64,000 nt of DNA from Deltaproteobacteria bacterium. Lineage in GTDB: Bacteria; Myxococcota_A; Polyangia; Fen-1088. Where the stretch lies: positions 96,001 through 160,000 of the forward strand of contig JANRKS010000006.1 in NCBI GenBank assembly GCA_033763315.1, read 5' to 3'. The notes under the pieces were generated by a model. It did no database searches. It was not told where the DNA came from and saw only the letters and a list, made by a program, of their open reading frames with translations. The translations under genes and the position numbers were made by a program. Every line of letters begins with the position of its first letter. Positions within the stretch are counted from its first letter, which is position 1. Shown in pieces: positions 29,057 to 38,371 of this stretch.

Positions 29057-30589
29057 GTGTCCGAATCCCAGCCTCGCCCCCGGTACAGACTGACCCGCAC
29101 GGTTGCCCGGGGTGGCATGGCCCAGGTGTACGACGCGTGGGCGTTGGGCGAAAGTGGCTTTGAAAGAAGAGTCGCACTAAAGAGGGTTCTTCCCGAGTAC
29201 CTGGATGATACAGCGATTCGTCGCATGTTTCTTGATGAGGCGCGCATCGCCAGCCAACTGCACCACGGCAACATTGTTCCCGTCATCGACTACGGAACAA
29301 TTGATGGCACGGAATTCTTGGCCATGGAGTTCGTGGATGGGGTGGACGCGCGCAAAGCGGTCAAGGCCGCGGCGGCGCGTGGTGAGACGATGCCCCTTGA
29401 GGTTGGCCTGAACATCATCGCCGCCATCGCGCATGCGCTTGATTACGCCCATGGCCTCAAGGATAAGAACGGCCAGGCGGTTGGCATCGTCCACCGAGAT
29501 GTCACGCCCCAAAACGTGCTGTTGTCCTGGAATGGCGACGTGTTGCTCTCCGACTTCGGCATCGCTTTGGCAACGAATCGTGACGAGCGAACAAAGACCG
29601 GCTTGATCAAGGGGAAGCTGGGGTTCATCGCACCGGAACAGCTGCAGGGCAAACACGCGACGACCGCTGTCGATATTTTTGGCCTGGGGGCCACGTTGCA
29701 CGCGCTGCTGACCGGCGATTCGCCCGTTGAACAAGCTGCGGCCGCGAGCGGCCTGTCCATGCACCTTGAGATTGCGCCCGAATTGCCGCCGGAGGTTCAA
29801 AGGTTGGTGGCCGAATGTATGAGCCTGGAGCCGCAGGCCCGGCCCACGGCCCGGCAGATGGCTGCTCGTTGTATCGAACTGCTGGCGTTGCGGACCCACG
29901 GCGACGGACGCAGTCTAATCCGCGATTGGTTGGCGGGCCTGCGGGCCGATTTCACCCAGCGCAACGGCCTTGACGATCTAATGCAGATGGTGTTGGTGCC
30001 GATGAACCCTGCGGATCCCAAAACCCTGACGGTGATGCGGATGCAAAGTGGTGCAACAACATCTTTAACTTCGGCTCAAAACCCGAGCTCTCTGCGGCGG
30101 GTTTCGCGGCGGCGGTTTTGGCTTGTGGGTGGCGGCGGCGCGATGTTGGTGGCGGCCGGCACCACGGCGGTTCTTTGGGAGCCCCGTGGTGATCAGAAGC
30201 CTGCGCCTGCGCCGCCTGCGCCGCCTGCGCCTGCGCCTGCGCCGCCGCATCGACCGATGGCGGCTGAGCCGAAACCTCTTGTTTCGCCTCCGTTGCCGCC
30301 ATCGTCGCCCCCGCCAGCTTCACGCGCACATGCGGGCGCAAAGCGCAGAGCGAAGAAGAGCGATCCGTCGGCTCTCGGCTGGCTACGTGTGGGTGGCGCG
30401 GCCCTGGCTGGCGCGGCTGTAAGCGTGGACGGCCGGCGGGTGGGCTTTGCCCCATTAGAGCAAGTCCTACCCGAGGGACTTCATGATCTGCGGGTGACGG
30501 ACGCAAAGACGGGCCGCTTGCTGCATGCGCAGGCCATCACCGTGGCAACCGAGCACACCCGCACGAGTCCCCTTCGCGTTATCCGCTGA
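29057..30589 (+). CDS. membrane Ser/Thr protein kinase with Pro-rich linker and C-terminal PEGA-like domain
   Basis: GGMAQVY; VALK; HRDVTPQN; DFG; APE; DIFGLG; TM segment; AVSVDG..GFAP..GLH. Confidence 0.93.
   Translation: MSESQPRPRYRLTRTVARGGMAQVYDAWALGESGFERRVALKRVLPEYLDDTAIRRMFLDEARIASQLHHGNIVPVIDYGTIDGTEFLAMEFVDGVDARKAVKAAAARGETMPLEVGLNIIAAIAHALDYAHGLKDKNGQAVGIVHRDVTPQNVLLSWNGDVLLSDFGIALATNRDERTKTGLIKGKLGFIAPEQLQGKHATTAVDIFGLGATLHALLTGDSPVEQAAAASGLSMHLEIAPELPPEVQRLVAECMSLEPQARPTARQMAARCIELLALRTHGDGRSLIRDWLAGLRADFTQRNGLDDLMQMVLVPMNPADPKTLTVMRMQSGATTSLTSAQNPSSLRRVSRRRFWLVGGGGAMLVAAGTTAVLWEPRGDQKPAPAPPAPPAPAPAPPHRPMAAEPKPLVSPPLPPSSPPPASRAHAGAKRRAKKSDPSALGWLRVGGAALAGAAVSVDGRRVGFAPLEQVLPEGLHDLRVTDAKTGRLLHAQAITVATEHTRTSPLRVIR
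30200..30247 (+). repeat. CCTGCG(CCG) coding microrepeat (PAP linker)
   Basis: cctgcgcctgcgccgcctgcgccgcctgcgcctgcgcctgcgccgccg. Confidence 0.8.
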
Positions 30590-30600
30590 ATGCGGCTCGC

Positions 30601-30644
30601 TGTTGTCCCCGCGGACGCAACACCTGTTGTCTCTCACACAACAG
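30601..30644. promoter_or_regulatory. tandem inverted repeats, candidate EBP upstream activating sequences
   Basis: TGTTG-N12-CAACA (30601-30622) and CTGTTGT-N7-ACAACAG (30624-30644), 60-105 bp upstream of a -24/-12 element. Confidence 0.55.
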
Positions 30645-30705
30645 CCACCCTGCGACAAAAGCATGTCCTGGTCGATTATCAGTAATATAGATTACTAATA
30701 ATACG

Positions 30706-30721
30706 TGGCACGCAAGCTGCA
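30706..30721 (+). promoter_or_regulatory. sigma54 (-24/-12) promoter
   Basis: TGGCACGCAAGCTGCA: TGGCACG with exact GG-N10-GC spacing; AT-rich tract immediately upstream. Confidence 0.8.
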
Positions 30722-30829
30722 GTAGGAGGGAACAAGGGAATTGTCCCGAAATGGCAAACCGCGGGTGACCGCGCGACGCAAAGCCAACGGAGCTCCGAGG
30801 AGCTGGCCGGGTTTCCGAAGGAGACACAC

Positions 30830-32203
30830 ATGAAGAGCGCAGTCTGGAATTCGTTGAGCGTTTTGTTGGTTGGCGGGGCGGTGGGCTGCGGTGCCGCAGG
30901 CGGGCCCGAAGGAGCTGGGCTTCTGCAAGATGATCCCGTGTCACAGGGTTTGACGTCCGAGAACGGCCTGTCCGCCATCAACGGTTTGTCGGCCATTAAC
31001 GGGCTCGTTGCCTCGAACGGCCTCATGACGGCCAATGGTTTGTCCACCATCAATGGCCTCTCCACCATCAACGGTCTCATGGCGTCGAACGGCTTGATGA
31101 CAAGCAACGGTGGCCGCGCGACGGTGGAATATCTTGCCAAGTGCGCGCTCGGCAACAATGACTACATCGACAAGCAGGATCAAGGCGGCAAGTGGTACCG
31201 ATACTACGGACGCCTGGGTGTGGGTTCGGGATGGAAGGGCGGCGCCTGCGATGCCAACTGCCAGGAGAAGATCTCGGCGTGCATGATGGCGCACATGAAC
31301 AGCACGGGCAACCACGTGCCCATCTTCGTCAATGCCGACCCACAGAAGATGCCATCGGTCGGCATGAGCATGCCATACGCGTCAGGCAGCGACGCTGCCA
31401 TCCAAGAGGGTGTGTTCATGGGCAACATGTTGGCGATGAACCCGCCACAAGCTTTCTTCGTCAAGGGCAACGCCTTCAAAGCAAGCATTCCCGGTCGATT
31501 GGGTGCAAGCAGCAGCAACCCCTACAAGCCTTTTGAGGGCTATCGTGTGGATGAACCAGGTTGGTATTCTGCTCGCGCCGACAAACTGTGCTTCAACCAA
31601 GACGTGGGTGACGGCGAGCACGTGGATTACAGGGCCTGTGCGGCGTCAGACGCACCTTACGGCTGGTGGGCGCGGTCATGGAACAACGTGATGACCACCT
31701 ACGTGAACAACAACTACAACGGTGCCGTGTCACAAAACTGGTCTCCAGTGACGTTCAATTTCGATGGTGACTCGGTGGGATACAAGACCAACAGCCCGGG
31801 CGAGGTTTGGTCGCGGTCAAGCAACTTCGATTTCTCGAACAGCGTGTACTGGGCCACGAGCGGCAAACTTGAAGTGATTGACAACCACGGTGGCCGTCGT
31901 CTTTGCCCAAGCGGCGACCTAGAACACGTGGTTATCACGAAGAACGGCGGCGAGCCTTTCTCGTTGACCGGCATGCGGATCAACCACCGCTTCAACAGCG
32001 CTGCATCCAACGTGACGATCACTGGTTACGTCAAAGGCTCCAGCACACGCAAGCAGCTGACCGTGACCGTTCCAACCACTCCCGACAACAACAGCACAGT
32101 CAACGTGGCTCCCACGTTCTCGGGCTGGGATAACCTGGTCAAAGTTGAGGTTCGGGAAGTCGGCAACATGATCTGCGTCGATGACATCGGTCTCAAATCA
32201 TAA
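30830..32203 (+). CDS. exported lipoprotein with NGLxxx repeats and Cys-containing domain
   Basis: AAGGAG RBS; AVGC lipobox; NGL repeats; YLAKCAL..C...CQEKISACMMAHMN; strongly C-ending codons. Confidence 0.8.
   Translation: MKSAVWNSLSVLLVGGAVGCGAAGGPEGAGLLQDDPVSQGLTSENGLSAINGLSAINGLVASNGLMTANGLSTINGLSTINGLMASNGLMTSNGGRATVEYLAKCALGNNDYIDKQDQGGKWYRYYGRLGVGSGWKGGACDANCQEKISACMMAHMNSTGNHVPIFVNADPQKMPSVGMSMPYASGSDAAIQEGVFMGNMLAMNPPQAFFVKGNAFKASIPGRLGASSSNPYKPFEGYRVDEPGWYSARADKLCFNQDVGDGEHVDYRACAASDAPYGWWARSWNNVMTTYVNNNYNGAVSQNWSPVTFNFDGDSVGYKTNSPGEVWSRSSNFDFSNSVYWATSGKLEVIDNHGGRRLCPSGDLEHVVITKNGGEPFSLTGMRINHRFNSAASNVTITGYVKGSSTRKQLTVTVPTTPDNNSTVNVAPTFSGWDNLVKVEVREVGNMICVDDIGLKS
30962..31114 (+). 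repeat. 18-bp coding repeat, 8 x NGLxxx plus NGG, organised as a 72-bp duplication
   Basis: NGLSAINGLSAINGLVASNGLMTA / NGLSTINGLSTINGLMASNGLMTS. Confidence 0.85.
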
Positions 32204-32225
32204 TTGCTCGACCAAACCACTTGTT

Positions 32226-32255
32226 CAAAAGGCCATCCTCCGGGGTGGCCTTTTG
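32226..32255 (+). terminator. intrinsic terminator, possibly bidirectional
   Basis: CAAAAGGCCATCC-TCCG-GGGTGGCCTTTTG, 22 bp after the stop codon. Confidence 0.85.
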
Positions 32256-32346
32256 CTTGTTGTGGCTGCCTGGCTCGTTACCCAAGGGCTGACCGATTGG
32301 CTCGGCAAGGGCGTTTGCTGGTCTTTTGCGGCGTGTGTGATTCGTG

Positions 32347-32366
32347 CAGTTGACGATCGTCAACTG
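32347..32366. promoter_or_regulatory. perfect 20-bp palindromic operator
   Basis: CAGTTGACGATCGTCAACTG upstream of the response regulator gene. Confidence 0.8.
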
Positions 32367-32431
32367 GATATCCACCGGGACTAGGTAAGCCTAAAGTAGA
32401 TGTTGACGGCAGTCCGCGTGGGTGAAAACAC

Positions 32432-33070
32432 ATGAGTGTCGACACAATTGGCGTGTTAATCGTTGACGATCACGACCTGGCTCGCGCAGGCCTTCGAGGC
32501 CTCTTGGAAGACGAGCCAGATATAGACGTGCTGGGCGAACTGGAATCGGGCTTCGACGTTGTGGCGGCCTACCGCACCCTGGCGCCAACCGTGGTGCTTA
32601 TGGACCTGCGCATGCCGGCGTTCGATGGCATTCACGCCACAGCCGCGTTGCTGCGCGAGTACCCCGACGCCAAGGTCTTGATCATTTCATCGTTTGGCAC
32701 GCAGGAGGATGTGTTTCGCGCACACCAAAGCGGCGCCCGAGGATACTTGCTTAAAGAATCGAGGCGTCCGCTCATCCTCGAAGCCGTTCGGCGCGTGGCG
32801 GAGGGGCAAAAGTTCACGCCTCCTGCGCTTGCCGAGCTGGTTGAGCTTCATAAGAGCCGACCCGCCCTGACCTCAAGAGATCGCCAGATTCTGCAACTGT
32901 TGCAGGTGGGCCTCAACAACAGTGAGATTGCCGAGCGCCTCGCGTTGTCGCCCGGCACTGTGCGCATGTATGTAAGCCGAATCTTTGAGAAGGTCGGCGC
33001 CGCAAACCGCACCGAAGCTGTATCGCTGTGCATTCGCCGCGGCCTTTTGCCACCTGCGGACTACGTCTGA
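32432..33070 (+). CDS. NarL/LuxR-family response regulator
   Basis: IVDDH; LMDLRMP..DG; GARGYLLK; LuxR HTH NSEIAERLALSPGTVRMY..NRTEAV. Confidence 0.93.
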   Translation: MSVDTIGVLIVDDHDLARAGLRGLLEDEPDIDVLGELESGFDVVAAYRTLAPTVVLMDLRMPAFDGIHATAALLREYPDAKVLIISSFGTQEDVFRAHQSGARGYLLKESRRPLILEAVRRVAEGQKFTPPALAELVELHKSRPALTSRDRQILQLLQVGLNNSEIAERLALSPGTVRMYVSRIFEKVGAANRTEAVSLCIRRGLLPPADYV

Positions 33071-33086
33071 ACCCTTCGCGTGAGCG

Positions 33087-35996
33087 ATGATGAAGCGCGC
33101 GTGCTGGATGACATGCCTGGCCGCCTGTGCTGTGTATCTCTCCGAGGCACAGGCCGGTTCGCTTGTGGTCAAGGAGGTGGGCCGCGCCTGGAGTAGCCTA
33201 AACGACATGGCTCAATCAACAGACGGCTTCTTGTGGTTGGCCACAGACGATGGCCTTGTTCGCTTCGACGGTATGAATTTCGAGTACCACACGCGTCTGA
33301 AGAATCCGCGCCAGATCCCGTTTGACCGAATCATTTCACTTGCTGCGGCCGACGGTGACGGTGTGTGGGTGGGTTCTGCCAGTGGGGAGCTGTTCCGCAT
33401 GGACGCCTCAGGCACCACCGCGTATCGGTTGCCATCGAAGAGTGACGTCGCGTTCATCAAGCCGTCCGCGATGCAGGTGTGGGCGGCCGCTGGCTCAGAC
33501 TTGTTTGTCCTTCATGATCACGATGAAGCGTTCCGGCCGGGTGTTCGCTTCCCTGACGCCATTCGGGCCGTCGCAGCGCTGCCTCCTAATGGTTTGGCTG
33601 TATTGGTGGGTGAGCGCGCCATGACTGTTTCAACGGCGGGTGTGGTGAGGCCGTTGTTTGAGGGCAACGTGATGGCTTTGTCGGGAGACGGCATGGGCCG
33701 TGTGGTTGCCCTCGATCGAACCGGTGCCCTTTGGCAGCATCAGCAGGGCATCACAAAAAGACTGGGGACGTTCGCCTTTGAGGTCGACGCCTATACTTCC
33801 TTGGTACCGGGACCCGGGCCCGCGATCAGCGTGAGCACCCGACAGGGGACTTTTCTGTGGGATCAGAGCACGCAAGCTATGGAACTCGTGCACAAAGTCG
33901 ACAGCTCAAGGGTGCGCTTTAAGCTCTTGATAGATCGTGAAGGATCTTTGTGGATTGGTGGCGCGGTGACGCTTTGGCAAGCCAGCCGCCCCATGGTTCG
34001 GACGATTGCGGCTGACGTCAGCGACCCCACCGTATTCTCGATCGCACAGACGCAGGACGGAAGCCTGTGGCTCTCCACGCTCGATGGACTTACAAGCCTC
34101 GACAACGGCGAGACCAGGCTCTGGCGTTCTTACAAAGACGTTCCGTTTGGGTGCGTGCGATCGCTTGTCCCTCGCCGTGCGGGTGGCCTTTGGATCGCGT
34201 CGTGCACCGAAGGCTTAATCCTGTACGACCGCGGTGCGTTTACAGTGATGGGTGATGGCAATGCCGGCCAACGTACGCGGTTGCGCGTCGTCTTTGAGTC
34301 GCGTGATGGCACGGTTTGGCTCGGGCCACAAACGGGTGGCCTTATGGCTTTTCGCGAGGGTGTGTTTCGTTGGGTGATGCCCCCGACGTCGTCGTGTGAA
34401 ATTGGCGCGGCCGTTCACTGTCCCAGCGCCGTCGCCAATGTGGCCGAAACGTCCGACGGCAGCGTTTGGGTGGCCACCGAAGGCGCGGGGCTTTTTCAGG
34501 CGAAGAACGGCAGGGTTGAACCTTTCGGGCAGGGACACGGCTTGCGGTCCACGCGCCTACTAAGTCTGCTGGTTGACGACGTGGGAGACCTTTGGGTGGG
34601 TACCCGGGACGCGGGTGTGCTGCGCCTTAAGCACGGGCGCTTTGAAGCTTTGGGCGAGGCGCAGGGTCTGCCCACAGCCGACGTGAGTGGATTGGTGCAA
34701 GACGGTCTTGGGCACATGTGGTTCGGCAGCACCTCTGGCGTCTATTCGGTGGCGCTCACGCAAATCGAGGACGTCTTCGCGGGCCGTCGCCCCACGGTGC
34801 TGGCCACGCGCTATGGCGTCGAGGATGGCATGCCTTCGTCTCGCACCTCCGATCGGCAGTCGTCCACGGCTGTACGCGCGCAAGACGGCACATTATGGTT
34901 TGCCACACACGGAGGTGCCGCCGCATTTTCGCCGTTGGAACAGCAAAAGTGGCCACCGTTACCAGCTCCGGTGGTGGAGGTTTCTGTGGATGGTGCACCG
35001 TTTCTTCGTGTGACAGACAAGCAATGGTTTGACCTGCAAAGCTCCTCCCTGCAGGTTCGCTACGTGGTTCCCTATCTTTGGGCACCCCACCGGGTGCGTA
35101 CGAGTATCCGCCTGGGGGGCCAAGATGCATCGTGGCGCACGGCGGGGCATCACAACGCGATCGACTACGAAGGTGTTTCTGCTGGTCGGCGTGTGATGAC
35201 TTTGACGGCTAGTCTTTTCCCAGTGCCAGTGGCCGAGCAACGGCTTTCGGTAACACTGCATCGAGCCGGTTGGTGGAGCTCGCCGTTGGCGTGGCTTGCA
35301 GCCGCAGCGGCGTGCCTTTTACTCGCCTACGCCGGACACCGCACCTGGCTGCTGCGGCAGCGCCGTCACTTTGCTGCCATCTTTGCCGAGCGCAATCGAA
35401 TCGCGCGCGATCTGCACGATGGCCTGGCACAGGGCTTTGCGGCCATTAGCTATCAACTTGACCGCGTCGATTCCCGTTTAGACCAAGACGTCGACGCCGC
35501 ACGTGCGATGCTCGAACAAACACACGATCTCGTGAAGCGTTGTCGCGTGATGGCCCGTCATACCATTTTGGATCTTCGCCTCTCTGAGCAGCCGGAAGCG
35601 TCGAGCTTGAGCGAGGGGCTGCAGCGGCTTTGTTCCCAAGCAGGATTGGCGTCGAGCGCTCACGTCAACTTGACACAAGAGGGGGCGCCCCCGGTTTTGG
35701 CGTCAAAAGAGCGCCGTGAAATTCTTTTCATCGTCAAGGAAGCATTAACGAACGCGCTTGTGCATGGACGAGCGCAAAACGTTTCGATCACACTGAAATC
35801 CGAAGCTGATGGGACCGCCATTGTCATGGAAGATGATGGGCAGGGATTCGACCCGCGCGAGGCCACGCTGAAAGCGGGGGGGCATTTTGGCCTCAAGGGT
35901 ATGCGCGAGCGCGCGGCGATCATCGGCGCAAAATTTGACTTGAGCAGTGAGCCTGGGCACGGAACAAAGTTGCATCTTCGGCTAAGCGCAAGCTGA
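33087..35996 (+). CDS. sensor histidine kinase with periplasmic beta-propeller repeats and HisKA_3/HATPase
   Basis: DGFLWLAT..GLVRFDG and repeated DG.LW motifs; TM; ERNRIARDLHDGLAQ; EALTNA; DDGQGF; GLKGMRERA. Confidence 0.92.
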   Translation: MMKRACWMTCLAACAVYLSEAQAGSLVVKEVGRAWSSLNDMAQSTDGFLWLATDDGLVRFDGMNFEYHTRLKNPRQIPFDRIISLAAADGDGVWVGSASGELFRMDASGTTAYRLPSKSDVAFIKPSAMQVWAAAGSDLFVLHDHDEAFRPGVRFPDAIRAVAALPPNGLAVLVGERAMTVSTAGVVRPLFEGNVMALSGDGMGRVVALDRTGALWQHQQGITKRLGTFAFEVDAYTSLVPGPGPAISVSTRQGTFLWDQSTQAMELVHKVDSSRVRFKLLIDREGSLWIGGAVTLWQASRPMVRTIAADVSDPTVFSIAQTQDGSLWLSTLDGLTSLDNGETRLWRSYKDVPFGCVRSLVPRRAGGLWIASCTEGLILYDRGAFTVMGDGNAGQRTRLRVVFESRDGTVWLGPQTGGLMAFREGVFRWVMPPTSSCEIGAAVHCPSAVANVAETSDGSVWVATEGAGLFQAKNGRVEPFGQGHGLRSTRLLSLLVDDVGDLWVGTRDAGVLRLKHGRFEALGEAQGLPTADVSGLVQDGLGHMWFGSTSGVYSVALTQIEDVFAGRRPTVLATRYGVEDGMPSSRTSDRQSSTAVRAQDGTLWFATHGGAAAFSPLEQQKWPPLPAPVVEVSVDGAPFLRVTDKQWFDLQSSSLQVRYVVPYLWAPHRVRTSIRLGGQDASWRTAGHHNAIDYEGVSAGRRVMTLTASLFPVPVAEQRLSVTLHRAGWWSSPLAWLAAAAACLLLAYAGHRTWLLRQRRHFAAIFAERNRIARDLHDGLAQGFAAISYQLDRVDSRLDQDVDAARAMLEQTHDLVKRCRVMARHTILDLRLSEQPEASSLSEGLQRLCSQAGLASSAHVNLTQEGAPPVLASKERREILFIVKEALTNALVHGRAQNVSITLKSEADGTAIVMEDDGQGFDPREATLKAGGHFGLKGMRERAAIIGAKFDLSSEPGHGTKLHLRLSAS

Positions 35997-38206
35997 GCCC
36001 TTCTCCTGCTTTCTCAACCGTCGCCACCGATGCAGCACCGGTTCTGTATATCCGTTCGCTGCGGCTCGCCCGTTCGTGACCAACTCAATCGCGGCGAGAA
36101 AGGCGGCGGTGCGCGGCTGTGAACTTAATCGCGCGTGCGTCTTGTCGCCCTGGTTCTGCTGATCAACGACACGTGCCATGCGATCAAAGGCGTTGAGAAC
36201 TTGGTCGCGCGTGACGATGTTGTGGTGCAGCCAGTTGGCAATGTGTTGGCTGCTGATCCGAAGCGTGGCTCGGTCTTCCATCAGGCCCACGCCCTGAGCG
36301 TCAGGGATCTTCGAGCACCCAACTCCATGTTCGATCCACCGCGAGACGTATCCCAAAATGGCCTGACAATTGGCTTCAAGATCGCGCGTCACCTGATCTG
36401 GCGCCAAGCTCGCCATCAACAGCGGCGGGTGCAGGAGTTGTTGAGGGAAAGCGCGCGAACCCTGGCAGATCTGCTTTTGTTTCGCGGCGACATCCACGCA
36501 ATGATAGTGAATCGCATGTAGCGTGGCGGCCGTGGGCGATGGAACCCAGGCCGTGCTGGCGCCCGCCTCTGGGTGCGCCTGCTTTGCGGACATCATAGCC
36601 GCCATGGCGTCTGGCATCGCCCACATGCCCTTTCCGATCTGCGCTCGCCCGCCCAATCCTGCCCTGAGGCCCACGTCAACGTTCCAGGTCTCGTAGGCCA
36701 AAAACCAAGGCGCTGTCTTCATGTCGGCTTTTCGCATCACAGCCCCCGCCTCCATCACCGAGTGAATCTCGTCGCCTGTGCGGTCGAGAAACCCTGTGTT
36801 GATGAAGGCGAGCCGATCCTGGGCCGCCTTGATACAAGCGGGTAGGTTTATGCTTGTACGGCGCTCCTCGTCCATGATGCCAAGCTTGATGCTGTGGCTG
36901 GGTAGATCAAAAGCCTCTTCAACCATGGCGAACAAGCGAACGGTGAACGCGACCTCTTCCGGTCCGTGCAATTTGGGTTTTACGACGTAAAGATTACCCG
37001 CGCGGCTGTTGCGTAGACTCGTCCGGCCGGTCAGCTCGGGCAGGGCGCCCAAGGCGGTGGCCATGATGTCCAAGAAGCCCTCCGGAATGGGTTTGCCTTC
37101 TGGCGTGCGCACGTCGTCCGTGTACATGTGCAGTCCTACGTTGCGCGCCAAGAGCAGACTGCGGCCAGCCACAGAGAACGTTTCGCCGTCTCGGCCCGTG
37201 TAAGCGCGATCCGCGTTCAATCTTCGGAGCAGCCTCTGCCCGTTCTTCTCGAATGAGGCGCACAAGCGGCCCCGGATGAGCTCGCTCCAGTTCTTATAAA
37301 CCAACGACTTATCGTCTGCGTCTACCGCGGCCACAGAATCCTCGAAGTCGGCTATCGTCGTGACGGCCGCCTCCATGATCACATCGCGCAGTCCCGCCGC
37401 GAAGGTTCTATCGACTCCTGGCGCGCCGAACACGAGTTCGATGTGTAAACCGTTGTTCGCAAGAAGGACGGCTGTTGGTTTGTTTTCGGGGCCGCGAAAG
37501 CCCACAAACTTCTCCTTCGACGTCAACCTGACTTCGCGTCCCGTGTTTGTTGTGGCCACGAGGCACAGTTGCGCCTCCTCGGGGCTGATGGTGACCGTAT
37601 GTACATCGCACCACGCGGCGCCCTGCCAGGGCACAAATTGATCGAGCCATCCGAGGCACATCTTCACCACGTCGGCGCCGCGCTCGGCGTTGTACCCGTC
37701 GCCCCTGGCCGTTGCGCCGGTGTCGGGAATCAAGTCTGAGCCGTAGACGGCGTCAAAGAGGCTTCCCCAGCGGGCATGGCTGCATTTATCGCATAGCGCG
37801 CGTTGTCCACCGGCACGACCAATTGCGGGCCTGCCGTGTGGCTGATCTCCGCGTCCATGGCTGTGTCGGTGAGCGGGACTGCCGGGCCCTGGGGCAAAAG
37901 GTATCCGATGTCTCGCAAAAACCCTTCGTAACTTTGCAGGTCAACGTCACCGGGATGGCGGCTGTGCCAATCATCCAACCGCTTTTGCAGCTGGTCACGT
38001 TTGTGAAGAAGCAAATCGTTTTGCGTGCCCAAAGCGGCGACAATGCCCGCCAGCTTTGAGAAGAAATCCTCGACGAGAACTCCGGTCCCAGGCGCGAGGT
38101 GGTTGGCGATGGTTTCGTGGAGGGCGGGAGCCACCCAAAGGCCGCCGGAATGGACATAGTCGTCAAAGCTGCCTTTGGCTTGGTGTGCACCCTGATTGTC
38201 AGTCAC
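35982..38206 (-). pseudogene. glcB: malate synthase G split by a 1-nt frameshift near 37777 (pseudogene or sequence error)
   Basis: AGPQLVVPVDNARYAINAA continues in another frame as ARWGSLFDAVYGSD; then DFEDSVAAVD, KPKLHGPEEV, MDEERRT, NTGFLDRTGDE, MEDRATLRISSQ. Confidence 0.85.
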
Positions 38207-38241
38207 GGCAGTCAGGCTTTTTCATCGAAGCGAATTGCACC

Positions 38242-38257
38242 ATTGATGTTCGTCAAC
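38242..38257. promoter_or_regulatory. palindromic operator
   Basis: ATTGATGTTCGTCAAC; centre 43.5 bp upstream of the glcB GTG 38206. Confidence 0.7.
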
Positions 38258-38371
38258 AATTGAACCCGAAAGGGCGCTTGGTGGCGCGGCGTGCGACTCA
38301 TCTTGGTCTTTCTTGGTCCGCGACCTTCTTCGGTTGATTCCCAGACCACTTTTGCCTAAACACGAGGCTTC

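Noticed and set aside
29050-29082. tRNA-3'-end-like string (CCGAATCCCAGCCTCGCC; reverse frame reads GGEAGIRT)
   Set aside because: No TTC T-loop, no cloverleaf and no CCA; it encodes the kinase N-terminus.
32401-32417. Additional operator copies (GTTGACGGCAGTCCG here; half-site at 10240-10250; CTTGACGACCGACGA near 41771)
   Set aside because: Two or more core mismatches or located in coding sequence; not counted.
37730-37800. Programmed ribosomal frameshift in glcB
   Set aside because: No slippery heptamer or stimulatory structure seen; a simple 1-nt loss explains it.
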